From contig JBHGNT010000013.1 in NCBI GenBank assembly GCA_043228905.1, positions 6,696,001-6,760,000 on the forward strand: a stretch of 64,000 bases of DNA. The letters run 5' to 3'. A program made the translations under genes and the position numbers. Below the pieces are notes generated by a model. The model had not been told where the DNA came from, did not search any database, and worked only from the letters and a program-made list of their open reading frames with translations. Source of the DNA: Azolla caroliniana (Eukaryota > Plantae > Polypodiophyta). This document shows positions 13,141 through 26,479 of this stretch, piece by piece (positions within the stretch are counted from its first letter, which is position 1; the number at the start of each line of letters is the position of its first letter).

Positions 13141-13930
13141 ATAGTTTAGTACAGTAGCTAATTAGCTACTACCATACTTTAGTTGAGTAGCTAATTAGCT
13201 AAGTGGTAGCCAATTAGCTACTACCATAGTTTAGTAGAGTAGCTAATTAGGTAAGCGGTAGCTAATTAGGTACTACCATACTTTAGCTGAGTAGCTAATT
13301 AGCTAAGTGGTAGCTAATTAGTTACTACCATAGTTTAGTACAATAGCTAATTAGCTAAGTGGTAGGTAGCTAATTAACTACTACCATACTTTAGCTTAGT
13401 AGCTAATTAGCTATTACCATACTTTAGCTTAGTAGCTAATTAGCTAAGTGGTAGCTAATTAGCTATTACCATAGTTTAGTTCAATAGCTAATTAGTTACT
13501 ATCATACTTTAGCCCACTTAGCTAATTAGCTACTACCATAGTTTAACAGTAGCTAATTAGCTAAATGATAGCTAATTAGCTACTACCATAGTTTAGTACA
13601 ATAGCTAATTAACTAAGTGGTAGCTAATTAGCTACTACTATAGTTTAGTACAATAGCTAATTAGCTACTATCATACTTTAGTTATAGTGGCTAATTAGCT
13701 AGTACCATACTTTAGCTGAGTAGCTAATTGGCTACTACCATACTTTAGTAGAGTAACTAATTAGTTGCTACCATATTGACAAAGAGTAGCTAATTAGCTA
13801 AGTGATAGCTAATTAGCTAGTACCATACCTAAGCGAAGTAGCTAATTAGGTCAGTGCTAGCTAATTAGCCACGGTCATGATCTAGAAGAATAGCTAGTTA
13901 GCTAAGATGTAGCTAAGTAGCTAATTCGCA
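13140..13930. repeat. Tandem array of GTAGCTAATTAGCTA units (about 33 and 19 bp subunits)
   Basis: More than 20 copies of the palindrome, with ACTACCATASTTTAG and AAGTG spacers. Confidence 0.9.
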
Positions 13931-14147
13931 ACCATGTTGTTGTAGAATCTTGTGGATTAAGGAGGGCGCATGAGGTGTCCGGTGTTGATGACGTTGCAAC
14001 CGATGAGGAGATAGCTATCAACGTGGTTGAAAGTAAGAATCTGGCTAATGAATCTAGCTAATGTTGTTACATCTACTTCACCACATGCAAGAGGAAGGAA
14101 TGACTATAGCACATGCAAGAGGGTTGAAAATAATAAATGTTACTTGT

Positions 14148-14525
14148 GAGGAGCGATTGCAGCCATGATACTTGTAAAGGTGATAAGGACCGATTTCAAT
14201 AGTGGTACTTGCAAAGGCAATAAGTGGGCGATTGTAATAGCGGTACTTGCAGAGGTAGTAAGGAGTGATTGTAGCGGCAATACTTACAGAGGTGGATAAA
14301 AGTGGCAATTGCAACTGCGATACTTCTAGAGGTGGTGGTAACTATATCCAACAACAATACTTGAAGAGGCAGGAATGAGCGATTGCAATTGCGGTATAGA
14401 TTGAGGCAATAATGAGCTATTGCAGCAACGGTACAAATAGAGGCAATAAGGAGCAATTGTAGTAGAAATACATGAAGAGGCAGTAAGGAGCGATTACAAC
14501 AATAGTACTTACAAAGGTGGATAGA
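14148..14525. repeat. Degenerate minisatellite (about 37-40 bp)
   Basis: Repeated GAGCGATTGYA...TACTTGCAGAGGYRRTAAG units. Confidence 0.7.
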
Positions 14526-15009
14526 AACATGTATGCGGGAAGGAAAGTTGCAGAGGAATTATGAGTGAGGATCAATAGCAAACATGTTGCCAATGTGATT
14601 GATCATGCATAATGGAGCATTGAATCCACCTAGGAATTTGCTAAATAATTAAACTCTTCTAATATCATTATTTATGGTACACATTTAGTTTTAACTTTAT
14701 TTCAGATCACATTTTGATAATCCTAATAATTCAATATTTTGCATAGCTAATTAGTTACGTCAAGGACATAGCTAATTGTCCCCATTTCATGCTTTCACCC
14801 ACTCACATTCTGGAATTTGCAATGTAGGGGCCCTATGTCATGATCTAGGGTTTAGGGGGCCCTAATTCAGCCATGGGCCCTTATTCCAAACCTAGGTAGG
14901 TTAGCATTATTTGTGGTGTCCCATTGTTTGGTCCTTGGGAGAAACCATTGTTGCACCCCTCTTGGGACTTGGACTTGGCTCCCTTGTGAGTCTCGCTCAA
15001 TTTTGGAAC

Positions 15010-15460
15010 TATAAAAGATAATGTGTGGAAGCTAAGACAAAACCGACTAGTCCGGATAACAACAGAACATAGAACAGAGGTTTAATGGAAAGCTTGAATA
15101 CACGAGAGGGACAGAGAGAGCAGAACAGTAAACTCAATTCAAAATAATAACACTTTGTACATACAAATGTCCTACAGAACACTTTTTATACAAGTCCTTA
15201 AAAGGACTGACATGTACTTCAATGCTCATACGAATGACTGACACTAACTCCAAGGAATATGCCTACATACCAGGCTCGGACCGTAGGCTCCAACGGCCTA
15301 CCGGTTCTCACTATTCTGGAGTACAATCCGGTTCTCCGGTTTGGCTCTAGGTTACAGATACCGATATATCCTGACACCTATCCGGTTCTCCATTCCGGAT
15401 ACCGATCCGGCCCTAGCTTATTCAGCCAATCCAGATCCGGTTGAGCTTGCCCGCTCAACA
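15010..15460 (-). repeat. 3' LTR of the host Copia
   Basis: Aligns to 30120-30249 plus 35318-35629; starts TGTTGAG on minus. Confidence 0.92.
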
Positions 15461-16916
15461 CTCCCCCTCAAGCTCAACTTTAGGTCGGATCACTATATGT
15501 GTCCACTGGTCCTCTCCTCAGGCTCCTCCTAGTGTCTTCCCACCTTGCTTGCGCTCCTTGACCCGTCCGGTTCCGCTTTCCACGACCCATTCGGTTCTGC
15601 TTTCCACAACCCGTCCGGTCCCGCGCACCTGGACCTTCTCGGTAGGCTTGTCTGCTCATAAGGCCCATCTCAACTCCTTCCTTGTTGCAACTCCGGCACG
15701 TCTCGACCCGTCGGTTCCTCCATGTCGGTGTCAACTTCCGTTGCCTCCGCATCCGTTTGGCCTTCTGTTGATCCAGCTCCTCCGAATCAAGCACCTCTTC
15801 CGAATCGGGTGACTCTGATTCATTACAACTCTTGTTCGAATTGGCTGTCTCCAATCCGTCTTCAACCTTCAGGCCCTTCACCACGTCGGACCACGTCTAG
15901 GTCTTCGCCTTCTCATTCTGGTCGGCTCTGTCCTTCATGACTCTGCCATCATTGCCGCTTGTTCCGACTTGTTCGGATGTGCCAACTTCTTCAGTCGACT
16001 CGGCTTCCTTTTTCTTCTTTGTCTCCCCCTGTCTCTCCAGCTCTTCTTCTGGTGCCATCACCTATTTTCCCAGTTCCCGTTCCCATTTCCTCCTCCTTTC
16101 TCCCCCTCAAGTGCGGCATGTCAAGATGTTGAAGACCAAACATCTCCGAAAAATGTTGCAACTTGTCCAGGCTGAGAGGTTTGGTGAAGATGTCGGTAGT
16201 CTGCCGATTCGTCGGAACATACACAAGTTCGACTTCACCGGAGAGCACATGCTCACGGACAATGGTAGTGCACCTCAATGTGCTTGATCTGGGCTGGATG
16301 CTGCTAAGATTGTCATTGTAGATCGTCGTCGGATTGGACACATCCAACTACAGATCCTTTAGGAGCCTCTTGAGTCATATGGCTTCACATGTTGCAACAA
16401 CCGCTCCTCGATACTCGGCATCGGTGCTCGACAATGCTACTATCGGTTGCTTCTTACTGCTCCAAGCAACCGCGATGCTTCCAACTGAAAACGCATATCT
16501 AGAGGAAGACCTACGGTTGTCGGCATTTCCGGCCCAATCGACATCCGTGTAGCCGACAAACGTATAGAACTCTCGAGAGAAAGAAAGAGGGAGGGAGGGA
16601 GAGAGAGAGAGAGAGAGAGAGATAATGATGATAACAAAAGATATATATTATGTTAAGAGAATATACAATAGTAGCTAGGAGGCTTAAGACTAGCTTTGAA
16701 CCAATTTGGTTCAAAATAATGCCTTGTGCCTCCTATATAGTTTTGTCGCTAGTACTCCTCAAGTTTCTAGAATGTTCTAGAGAAATCTGGAATATACATC
16801 AATTTTATATAGTAAAACTTAAATAAAAAATAATATCTTTCATATTACAACATATAGTGTAATGGTCAAGATCTCGACCCATGTAACATAAGGTCATGAG
16901 TTTGAGTCTTGCCATA

Positions 16917-17339
16917 TCATGACACTATCCTCCCTTTAAAATGACGAGTATCACGACTGGTTTTGGATTGAGCACCCAGTTTGTCTGCATATTGACGATG
17001 GAAGTCTTCAAGAAGAGCACGAGCATTGGTCACATTCTCTATTCGTTCCCAAGTATGCTCATTGGGACCATATCCTAGCCAATCGACTAAATAGTAGAGC
17101 TTCTTGCGAACAATCTTGGAATTGAGGATGGCGACAACCTCGTACTTAGGTCCATCTTCAAGTTCGATTGCGGGTGGAGGTTGTTTAATACGACCTGGGA
17201 TGGTGCTATCTTGATAGGGTTCGAGGAGAGAACTATGGAACACCGAATATATCCGAAGTTGTGGAGGTAGATCGAGACGAAAAGCAACATCATTAATTTT
17301 TCCAATAATACGGAAAGGACCTAGTCGCTGATAATCCAA
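16917..17339 (-). pseudogene. Integrase GPY/F module plus chromodomain
   Basis: LGPFRII...YEVVAILNSKIVRKKLYYLVDWLGYGPNEHTWE. Confidence 0.9.
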
Positions 17340-20300
17340 CTTCTCGCATGGGCGAATAGTCTTGATGTGTCGTCATAGTAGCCATACCCGGTCTCCAATG
17401 TTAAAACTGGATGGAAGCCGATGATGATCCGCGTAAACCTTGTGTGTTTGTTGAGCTTGTTGTAGATGAGTAGATAGATCCACTTGTATCTTGCATAACT
17501 GCTCCAAACGATCCTCTGCGCAAGGATTTGTGGGTAACTCTAGGGTTTCAAATACACACCACCGAGGGTGACAACCCGTATAAGCATAAAATGGTGTAAC
17601 CTTTGTCGATGAGTGCACGGAGTTATTATACGCAAATTCAGCGAAGTGGAGAATATCCGCCTAGACATCTTGATTATAGCTTAGAAAGCACCGAAGATAT
17701 TGCTCCAGTGTTTGATTTGTTCATTCTGCTTGGCTGTCTGTTTATGGGTGGTAGCCGGAGGAGAGGTTACAAGTGACCTCGAGCATTTTAAAGAGGTGCT
17801 TCCAGAATTTCAAGACAAATTGGGGTCCACAGTCGTTGATGATACTATCGAGAAGGCCATGATGCCGACATACTTCACGCATGATAGTTTCAGCAGTTTC
17901 CTCACTGGAGATTTCCTTAGTACATGGTAGGAAATGGGCCATCTTCGTATATCGATCTACTACTGTTAAGATCGCATCAAATCCCTTAGAGACTGGAAGA
18001 TCTGTGATGAAATCTAGAGCAATGGATTGCCACGTCTTGCTTGGAATTGGTAATGGTTCTAATAAACCATATGGATGATGCCTTGGCATTTTTGCTCTGA
18101 AACATGTATCACAAGTCTGAACAAAATCTTCGACAAATTGTCGCATATGGGGACACCAGAATGATCATTGTACTAAATCTAACGTTTTAGTACTACCAAA
18201 ATGCCCAACTATATATGTGTCATGACAGTTTTGGACCACTCGAAGTCGACAAGAATCAGTAGGAACATACAAGAGTTTCTTAAAAAATAGTAATCCATCA
18301 TGACATTCAAGTTATCGATAGTCTGTACCTAGTTGTTGCGACTATGAACAAGATGCTCGAGAGGGATCAATTTGTGCTAGAATGGCTTGAGCGAAAGCAT
18401 CTGTCTTCAAGTCCTCACGTATGGTATCGATAATGTGGGAATCCAATGGCATACCGAAGACCTGCATTGCTTGGAGTCATGTTGGTTCCAGGATTACTTG
18501 CTTTTGGTTATCAAAAGTTGGCTCACCATGACACGATGCAAGATATGAGCGTCGTGATAATGCATCTGCCTTCCCTTGTTGCTTCCCCAAACTATATGTA
18601 ATTTTGAAGTCAAAACAAGTGACGAATTGGGCCCACTGAGCTTGACGTCAATTTAACACACAAGCATTCTGAAAGTAGGCAAGGTTTTTGTGATAACTAA
18701 ATACGGTGACTTGATGAGAAGATCCCTCTAGAAAATACCTCCATTGCGTAAAAGAGTCCACTATTACTAATAGCTCCTTATCATGAATTTCATAGTTGAT
18801 TTCGGCGGCGTCAAACTTGCATGAGTGGAAAGCCACAGGATGGAACTTTTCCTCGTCACCTTGTTGTGATAGAATGCTACCCAACACGAAATCTGACACG
18901 TCTACTTCGATGATGAATGGTTTTTCCGGATCAACATGAGCTAGAATAGGAGCTGATGTAAATGCCTTCTTAAGACCCTCAAAAGCCATGTCTGCTTCGT
19001 TAGACCAAACGAACGATTGTTCCTTCCTAGTGAGCTGTGTGAGAGGCAGAACAAGCTTGAGTAATCTTGTATAAACTTGCGGTAGAAATTGGCAAAGCCT
19101 AAAAAGCATTGCACATCTCACAATGAACGCGGCGGAGTCTGCCACACTACCACCGTTTCGACCTTAGCTGGATCCATGGAGATGCCTTCCGAGGAAATGA
19201 CATAACCTAGAAATTCTACCTGGTTGCACTCGAAACTACTTTATCCAACTTTGCATAAAGACCATGTTCTCAAAGTCGTTTTAGTACTAATAGTACATGA
19301 GAATCATGTTCTTCTTGGGTCTTCGAATAAACCAGTAGATCATCCAAATAGATGATCAAACAAACATCCAACAGATCTCGGAATATATCATTAGCCATGT
19401 GTCGGAAGATTGTTGGCGCATTAGTGAAGCCAAATGGCATGACCGTATACTCGAAGTTACCATTTCTGGTGTGAAATGTGGTCTTCCATTAATCTCTTGG
19501 TCGGATCCGTACAAGGTTATATGCCCCTTGTAAGTCGATCTTTATGAAGAACCTTGCACCATTGATCCGTTCTAAAAGACTTCAGATAAGGGGAAGTGTG
19601 TACCTATTCCTAATGGTGACCTTATTCAAGCCACGGTAATCTACAACGAGATGAAGTAGTCCATTCTTTTTCTTGACGAAGAAAATGGGTGCGTCGGCTG
19701 GAGATTTCGAATGTCGAATGAAACTATTTGCCAAATTCTCCTCTATATAGGCTCGAAGGACTTCTAGCTTAGTTGGTGACAAATTGTAGATCGGTTCCCA
19801 TGGTGGCTCTTTTCCCCGGTTGTAAATCAATGGGGCAATCATACGGTCGATGGTGAGGAAGTGTATTGGCTTGTACTTTATCGAACACATTGGCATAATG
19901 ACGATACTTCTCTAGAAGTTGAACAGTGGGATCCTCTTTAGTGGTGTTGGAGGGTTTTACTGATATTGCGAAGAGAAACATTTCTTCCTTGCGTCCTTCC
20001 TCACGCAACTGATGTAGCGAAATGGTTGCAATCTTATGAGTAGATCCTCGGGTTTGTCGATACCGGATTTCTCTTGTTCTCCAATCTATGTATGGGTTAT
20101 GTAATTCGAACCATGGTAATCCCAAAACGATGGGATGTTCTGGGATACTAATTATATTAAAGGATACTACACACGCTAAATTATCTAGGACAATATGAAC
20201 GGGCTCTAACTCTTCTATGATATTTCCGGAAGTAATGGGACGACCATCATTGACTACTATAGAGGTTGGACACAGGAGTTTTCTTAGGGAGCTTGGGCAA

Positions 20301-21912
20301 AATTCCTATCCATGATGCAAGAATTAGCTCCGGAATCTAGGAGTGTTGAGACATATACTGGAGAGGTACTTTTAGTACTAACTATTACTTCGGCTTAGAA
20401 CACATTGCTAGCTTGCTTACAGGGAATGGACCCACTAATGGGTTGCACATATCTAGGGTTGTCCAACCAAACGGCTCCTATTTTGGCTGGACTTAGTCGT
20501 TTAACTCTTCTTCTAACTGACTAAGGACATCAAATTTGTTCGATAGATTTGGGCTATTACTACTATTAGGACTATCAAATATTCCTACTAAAATAGACTC
20601 AGGTTTAGTACAGTTAGAACTAGCAACTATTTGGTTCACCTGTCTTCTTGGCCTATGGGGACAGTTCACTGCAATATGCCTTGGTCCACCGCAATAAAGA
20701 CATAGTCGATTTGCTCACCGTTGCTGCTTTTCTTCTTCCGATAATGATCCGCGACGACGTGTAGTGTCAATTTCCATCGGAGTTGGACTATTCACTAGTG
20801 ACGCATTATATGACTCCCTTGGAAAAGGTTTTGCTACCACTGGGGCGTAGGTGGGCTCTAATCTTGCCCTTGGCATCTGGAACTAACGTTCCGAACATCG
20901 TTCGAAAAGACGGTTCTCGCATCTCACCGTGTGACTGATTGCTTCTGTCAATGACATTGGTTCTTCGGGGAAGGTCAAGAGTAAATCCTTGACATCGTTA
21001 CATAGACCATAACAAAATTGCTCCATAAGTGCTTGGTCATCCCAGGGGATATCGGAGGCGAGTAGGCAGAAATCTGTAGCGTATGCGGAGGCTGGACGAT
21101 CACCTTGACGTAATCATCGGATTTGGTTGATTGATGTCCTTATGTTGTTAGTATCTCCAAAACAGGCTTTAAACTCACTTAAAAACCCTTCAAAATATTT
21201 TAGTAAAGGAGATTCCTTTTCTAACAATGGAGCGAACCATGCCAAAGCTTAGCCACTTAACAACGTGCCTACTAAACCCACTCGTGATGCATCGGTGGGA
21301 TATCAGGAAGGGTGCATTTGAATGACTAATCGTACCTGATTAAGGAATCCTCTAAACTACGATCGTGTTCCATCAAATTTCATGGGAAGGCCGATCTTGG
21401 GTTCTTTATGAACCCCTTGCGTACTGGGTCCTTGTTGTTGCATCGCGACTATGGTTGCTTCGAGCTATTACACGCGTAATGCTAGTTCCCCATGTTGTTG
21501 TTGTGTATGCTACTTCTCTAAGGAAATTTGTTGAAGTTCCCCCAACAGTCGTTGATTTTCTTGTTCCAATGCGAAAAACTTCTCTTTCAAGCATTGCAAC
21601 TCTGAAAAAATGGATTGATATTCTTGAGCACTAACAGTGGCCATAGTATAGAGAAAAGAGGAATAAGAGATTAGTATTAAGGGAGGGAGAAGAAAGAACA
21701 TAAAGAAAGAGAAGGAAGGAGAAAAATCGGTTCAGACTGTCAGGAACAGTACTAAGACAGAGAAGGATTTAGTACTAAAAGATGAGGATTAGTACTAAGG
21801 GAGGTGTAGAACTCTCGAGAGAAAGAAAGAGTCAGTGAGATAGATAGATAGATAGATTATATTATCGTCTTCGGAGGTCAAATATGACCTATGAGACCAA
21901 AAATATTACATT

Positions 21913-24900
21913 TCACGTGATATGTGTGAAAGTGAGTAGTGACTCTCGATGTTCAAGAACTTTACTAATGAATGTTGCAATCAAGAGTGCACATTGTGGT
22001 TGTGAGAGGAATTCATGCAAAGATTGGACTCGATCGAAGAGATGTGGAAAGCATGGTCGAATATGATCAAAGGCAGAGCATTGTATCAAAGTGTGATACT
22101 CAGACTCGCGAACTTGTTTAGGGCAAAGTGTGCATAGCCGACCACTCTCATCACTTGTGCCCCAACGCCATGTTTCACATCGCAATGCATGTGAGCTAAG
22201 TCGCATGGAAGCAATGGTTCGAATGGCAGATAACGGTATGGGTTCTAACATGTATGGATGTGTACGATTTCCCCATTTCACAAAGAATATGGTTTTGTAG
22301 TTAGGTGCAACATGTGTAGTATAATGTGTGAAGCGTGAGCCTCCACATTTGTCCCATGTTATGATACATTGGCATTGCAAAAATGCCTCATTTACAAAAG
22401 AATCTAATGATGCATCATGAAGCAAGTGTCTCGCATCCTATCTACCAAACCATTTTTCTATATCTTGCATCCAACCGGAACACAAAATTTTGCTTTTATG
22501 CATCTTTTAGATCTTTTTGCTTGCTTCCCACGCAATTCTAGGATGTCGATGTAAGGGAATTTTTTGAACCTTAAGCATGTATTCAACAACCCTTTCCATG
22601 GCCATGATTTCAATGGGAAGCGATCCCGTCTCAAGGAGGAGGAGGGTGTAGGACGTTTGTTTCTTAACTTGTAGAAACTTGGTAAGAAAATGCTTTTCGA
22701 CATTTTCAAACTCTTTCCACATAGATTTAGGGATGCTACCGCCCCATACTTCCACCCCATAGAGAAGAACCGGTGTCACCAAAGTGTCGAAAAGATATAT
22801 CTTGAGGACCCAACACTTAATATCTCCAAGATTGCATGTGTTCTCAAATGCATAGTATGCTCGCTTACCCGCCTCTAAGCGGCGTGTAGCACATTCATTC
22901 CATCTATGATTTGAAGGAACTTCAAGGCCAAGATATTTGAAGCTTTCCACACATTGAAGTGGCTCATTGTTGTCCATAATGCATGGTTTATCTCTTTTTT
23001 GGCTCTTCACAAGCATAATCTTTGTTTTAGAGCTATTGACACTTAATTTAGTATGCATGCAAAAAATTTCCAATGCCTTCATAAGCTTTTGTGCATCTCC
23101 TAAAGTATTTGCAAAAAGCACTACATCATCTGCATATAGCAAAACCATAATCACAACATTCCCAATGGCAACTTCTTCAACACATTCTTCCTTTGCAAAC
23201 TTGGTAACCATTTCTTCCAATTCATCAATGCATAGACCAAATAGTGTTGGTGAGAGTGGGCATCCTTGCTTAACACCAATAGTGCTTTTGAAAAAATCTT
23301 AAAGTTTATCTCTCATGCGCACACAACATATAACCTTCTCATAAATTCGGGAAATTGCAAGCATATATTCACTTGGCACCTCAAGTTCTTCCATTCGCCT
23401 CCAAAGATGCTCACGAGGTATCATATCAAAAGCTTTCTTGAAGTCTACAAAGCAACAATATAAACCTTTACCTCTAAGGTAACTTTCCTCCATTAAAACT
23501 CGAAGGGTGATAAGGTGATCAATGGTGCTATGGTGTTTCCGAAAGCTAGCTTGTCCATAAGCTCTCTTACCACTTTTTTCAGCCCATACACTTATCTTTG
23601 ATTCCATTATACATCCAAATAGTTTTGCCATTAATGAGCCAACCATGATGGTTCGATAGTTGTTTACATTATTTATATCTCCACCTTTATGTAAAGGTTT
23701 GATCCAATTTGTAGTCCAATCGTACGGCATACCATGTTGCAATGCATCATTAAACATATCGCTTATCGATATATGTGCTTCCTTTCCCGTCCATTTGAGC
23801 ATTTCAGCCTTTATACATTGAAGATCGCTTGCCTTTCGAGAGGCCAATTTCTTAAGTCCTATGCATATATCTTCAAGTGTAAAGAAAGGAGGCATATGTG
23901 AAAGAGAACCATAACACATCATCTTTCCGGCAAGAGATAACTCATATAAATTCTTACAATGCATAGACAAGTCGTGAAGAGTTAAGTCACAATAACTCTC
24001 AAAACGTTTCCCCTTTAGATTTCCCCAAAATTTAGCACATTCATGTGCTTTCTCTTGTGTTTGGATAAATTGTTGAGTAACTTCCCATATTCTTCTCTTT
24101 CTTTGAATAAGCCTTTTATACTCATGCAAATGCTTTTGGTAATTCTCTTTATCCTTAATTACATCCAAAACCATAAGGCACTTTCGAGCTTCACGACATT
24201 CTTTATCAAACCATTTTTTCCTAAGTTTCTTGGTGCATTTCCAAGATGTGCGGTTGGTCGAAAAACATTTGTTTGTACATGAGAGAATGACTTTCTTGAA
24301 AGCTTCCCATTTGCATTCTAGTGTAGCACCATGTTGTATCTTTGTCATTTGTAACATATCCTCAACCATCTTGGAATACATGGGTGCTCGCTTAAGGTTC
24401 ATGCTCAAGTGCGGTTGTTTATTCTCTTCAATAGCCTTCTCACAATCAAACCTATGCATACATTTGAGATCAATACATAAAGGCCTATGATCGGATTCCG
24501 GTGTCCATTCACCACGTGAGAATTTATGTATACGATCCAAAATACCTTCGGAAAGTAGCACATATTCAATCACACTATTTCCGTTGTGTTTTCTACATAT
24601 AAAACCATTAGTGTTGGGCCATAAGGAAATACCATTTGCAATAAGCAATCTGGTACTATTGCACATTTGTAGGAGTAACTTCCCAAATTGGTCCGGATCT
24701 TTTTCATCGCTAGAAGAGCGGTTATACATTTGCATATCCTCTTGCATCCTTGAGATATGTGGCATGAAAGATTCTTGTGAATCAAGTTGGAAACTTCTTG
24801 TACGAGCATTCATGTCACCAAAGACAATAACTTCCCCTTTGGATTTGAAATAAGCAATATCATCTTCTAGATTGGCAAATGGTTGATCTTTATCCAAACA

Positions 24901-25287
24901 AGCATAAAAGTTAGAATCTTGATGAGGAATGTAACATCCAACTACAAAAGTGGGCAAATCATTAGGTGTTTCTATTTTGAGCCATATGTAGCATTTATTT
25001 TCATCATTTTTTATAATTGACACATATTTCTCTATTTCCTTCTTAATCAAACATGCCACCCCTCCTTGTCCTCTTCTTTGTCTTGGATTTTTCTTCCATA
25101 TCAAAGAGTGTACATTATAGTTTCCTAAACCTTGAATCCTTTGAGTATCATGCTCCCATGTTTCAACAAGAAGTGTGATATCCGAGTCATCAGTGAACTC
25201 CTCTATGCCAAATCCCGCATTCCATGGGTATCCATTGCAATTCCAAAAGCATAGTCGTAAAAGGCGTGGGTTAGTCTCATAAATCAT
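21913..25287 (-). pseudogene. LINE ORF2 (APE endonuclease, RT, C-terminal CxxC..H..C), about 2 disruptions
   Basis: FWNCNG, ETW, GDMNART, ESDH; FVDFKKAFD, GCPLSP, LLYADDV, FKYLG; RLSSHALRCETWRW...CTLC...EYHTLIQC. Confidence 0.9.
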
Positions 25288-25293
25288 GTGTCC

Positions 25294-26168
25294 CTATTTG
25301 CCTACATTTCCATCTTTAGGCACATCCTTAACCTTATTTTTCAATCTTTCTTCATATGCTTTACGAGGAGCATTTTGTTGTGAGATAGTACGATCTTCAC
25401 TCACAAAGCATTGTGTACCTTTGAGGTATACCCAACTATTTTCGAGTATGATCTGCCGCTTTGTATCATCTGTCATTGTGCAGTGCATACAATAGGCCTT
25501 TCTCCGGAGCGAGTAACACCATGTTTCCCAACTCAGTGTGCCCCATATACATTCACATCTGACATCCCACAATGCATGCTAAAAAATTCACCAATGGCCT
25601 TTCCAAGGGATGCGGGTGTTTCCATACTCTCTTCTTTAATCCCACGGACGACAATATTCTTTGATCGTTGTTCACGTTCTTTCAATTCTCGGACATCTAT
25701 GCTTTCTATATTCTTCTCTTGATGCATCACATGCATATTAGATGAGTTTGATAGCACATCCCCACCACATAAATCGGCCCATGACTTCATTGTACATACA
25801 TTTTTCATCTCACTTACATCCCGCCTCATCGAGTCCAATTTTTCTTCATTTAATGCTTCCTTTAACTCAATCTTGTTAAGGCACTCATTTGTTTCAAAAG
25901 AAGCTCTTTTACATTCTTGAATATCTTCTTGAAGTTTTGCAACCACTTGTTTAAGACTTTCATTCTCAATGACAACCCTTTGGAGCTTAGTATTCTCTTT
26001 CATTAACATCCTAATCTCTTCACCTTGCTTGTTTATGGTTTCTTGAAGAGAAATCAAGTGACTCATAAGCATTTTGTCCATTGCATTAGAATCGAGATTT
26101 GTTGGTGATCTCGGCTCATTATCAATCATACCCCCGAACTTTGCGGCGGTTTTACGAGTATTTGCCAT
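25294..26168 (-). pseudogene. LINE ORF1 (coiled coil plus RNA-binding region), frameshifted
   Basis: A heptad-rich segment is followed by EREQRSKNIVVRGIKE and, after a frameshift, YLKGTQCFVSEDRT, typical of LINE ORF1. Confidence 0.8.
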
Positions 26169-26431
26169 TGTAGGGAAAAACCCTACGAGAAGAGAGAGAT
26201 AGAGAGGGAAGGAGAGAGAATGTACCTTTCACTCGATTTAGGGCTTCAAAATCTACCTTCCGTTTGAGGAACCGTGGGGCAAAGATGGCTACGGATGAAA
26301 ATGCTCATAACTTCTCGCCACGGTAACTGAATTCAGTAAATGAACATTCTTTAGAAAGCTCTCTCAAAGAGCTTTCCAATGAGCTATAGAACATAGAAAA
26401 CGATGGCCGAAGTGAACTTACAGAGAGCTTT

Positions 26432-26479
<48 letters not shown>

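Larger units (their letters stand above)
21838..26432 (-). mobile_element. Near full-length non-LTR retrotransposon (RTEX-like LINE) inserted in the (GA)n tract of the chromovirus 5' LTR
   Basis: ORF1 and ORF2 on minus, with a short 3' UTR ending in a (TCTA)n-type tail. The LTR sequence resumes in (GA)n at about 26435 and matches 16600-16924. Confidence 0.88.

Noticed and set aside
13140-13930. CRISPR-like array of palindromic repeats
   Set aside because: The spacers are themselves repeated, there are no cas genes, and the context is eukaryotic.
15010-16564. TA instead of TG at LTR ends 15010 and 16563 as non-canonical termini
   Set aside because: The partner LTRs have TG, so these are post-insertion transitions.
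16851-16924. Functional tRNA gene
   Set aside because: No convincing acceptor or anticodon stems and a degenerate B box; reported only as a tRNA-like module.
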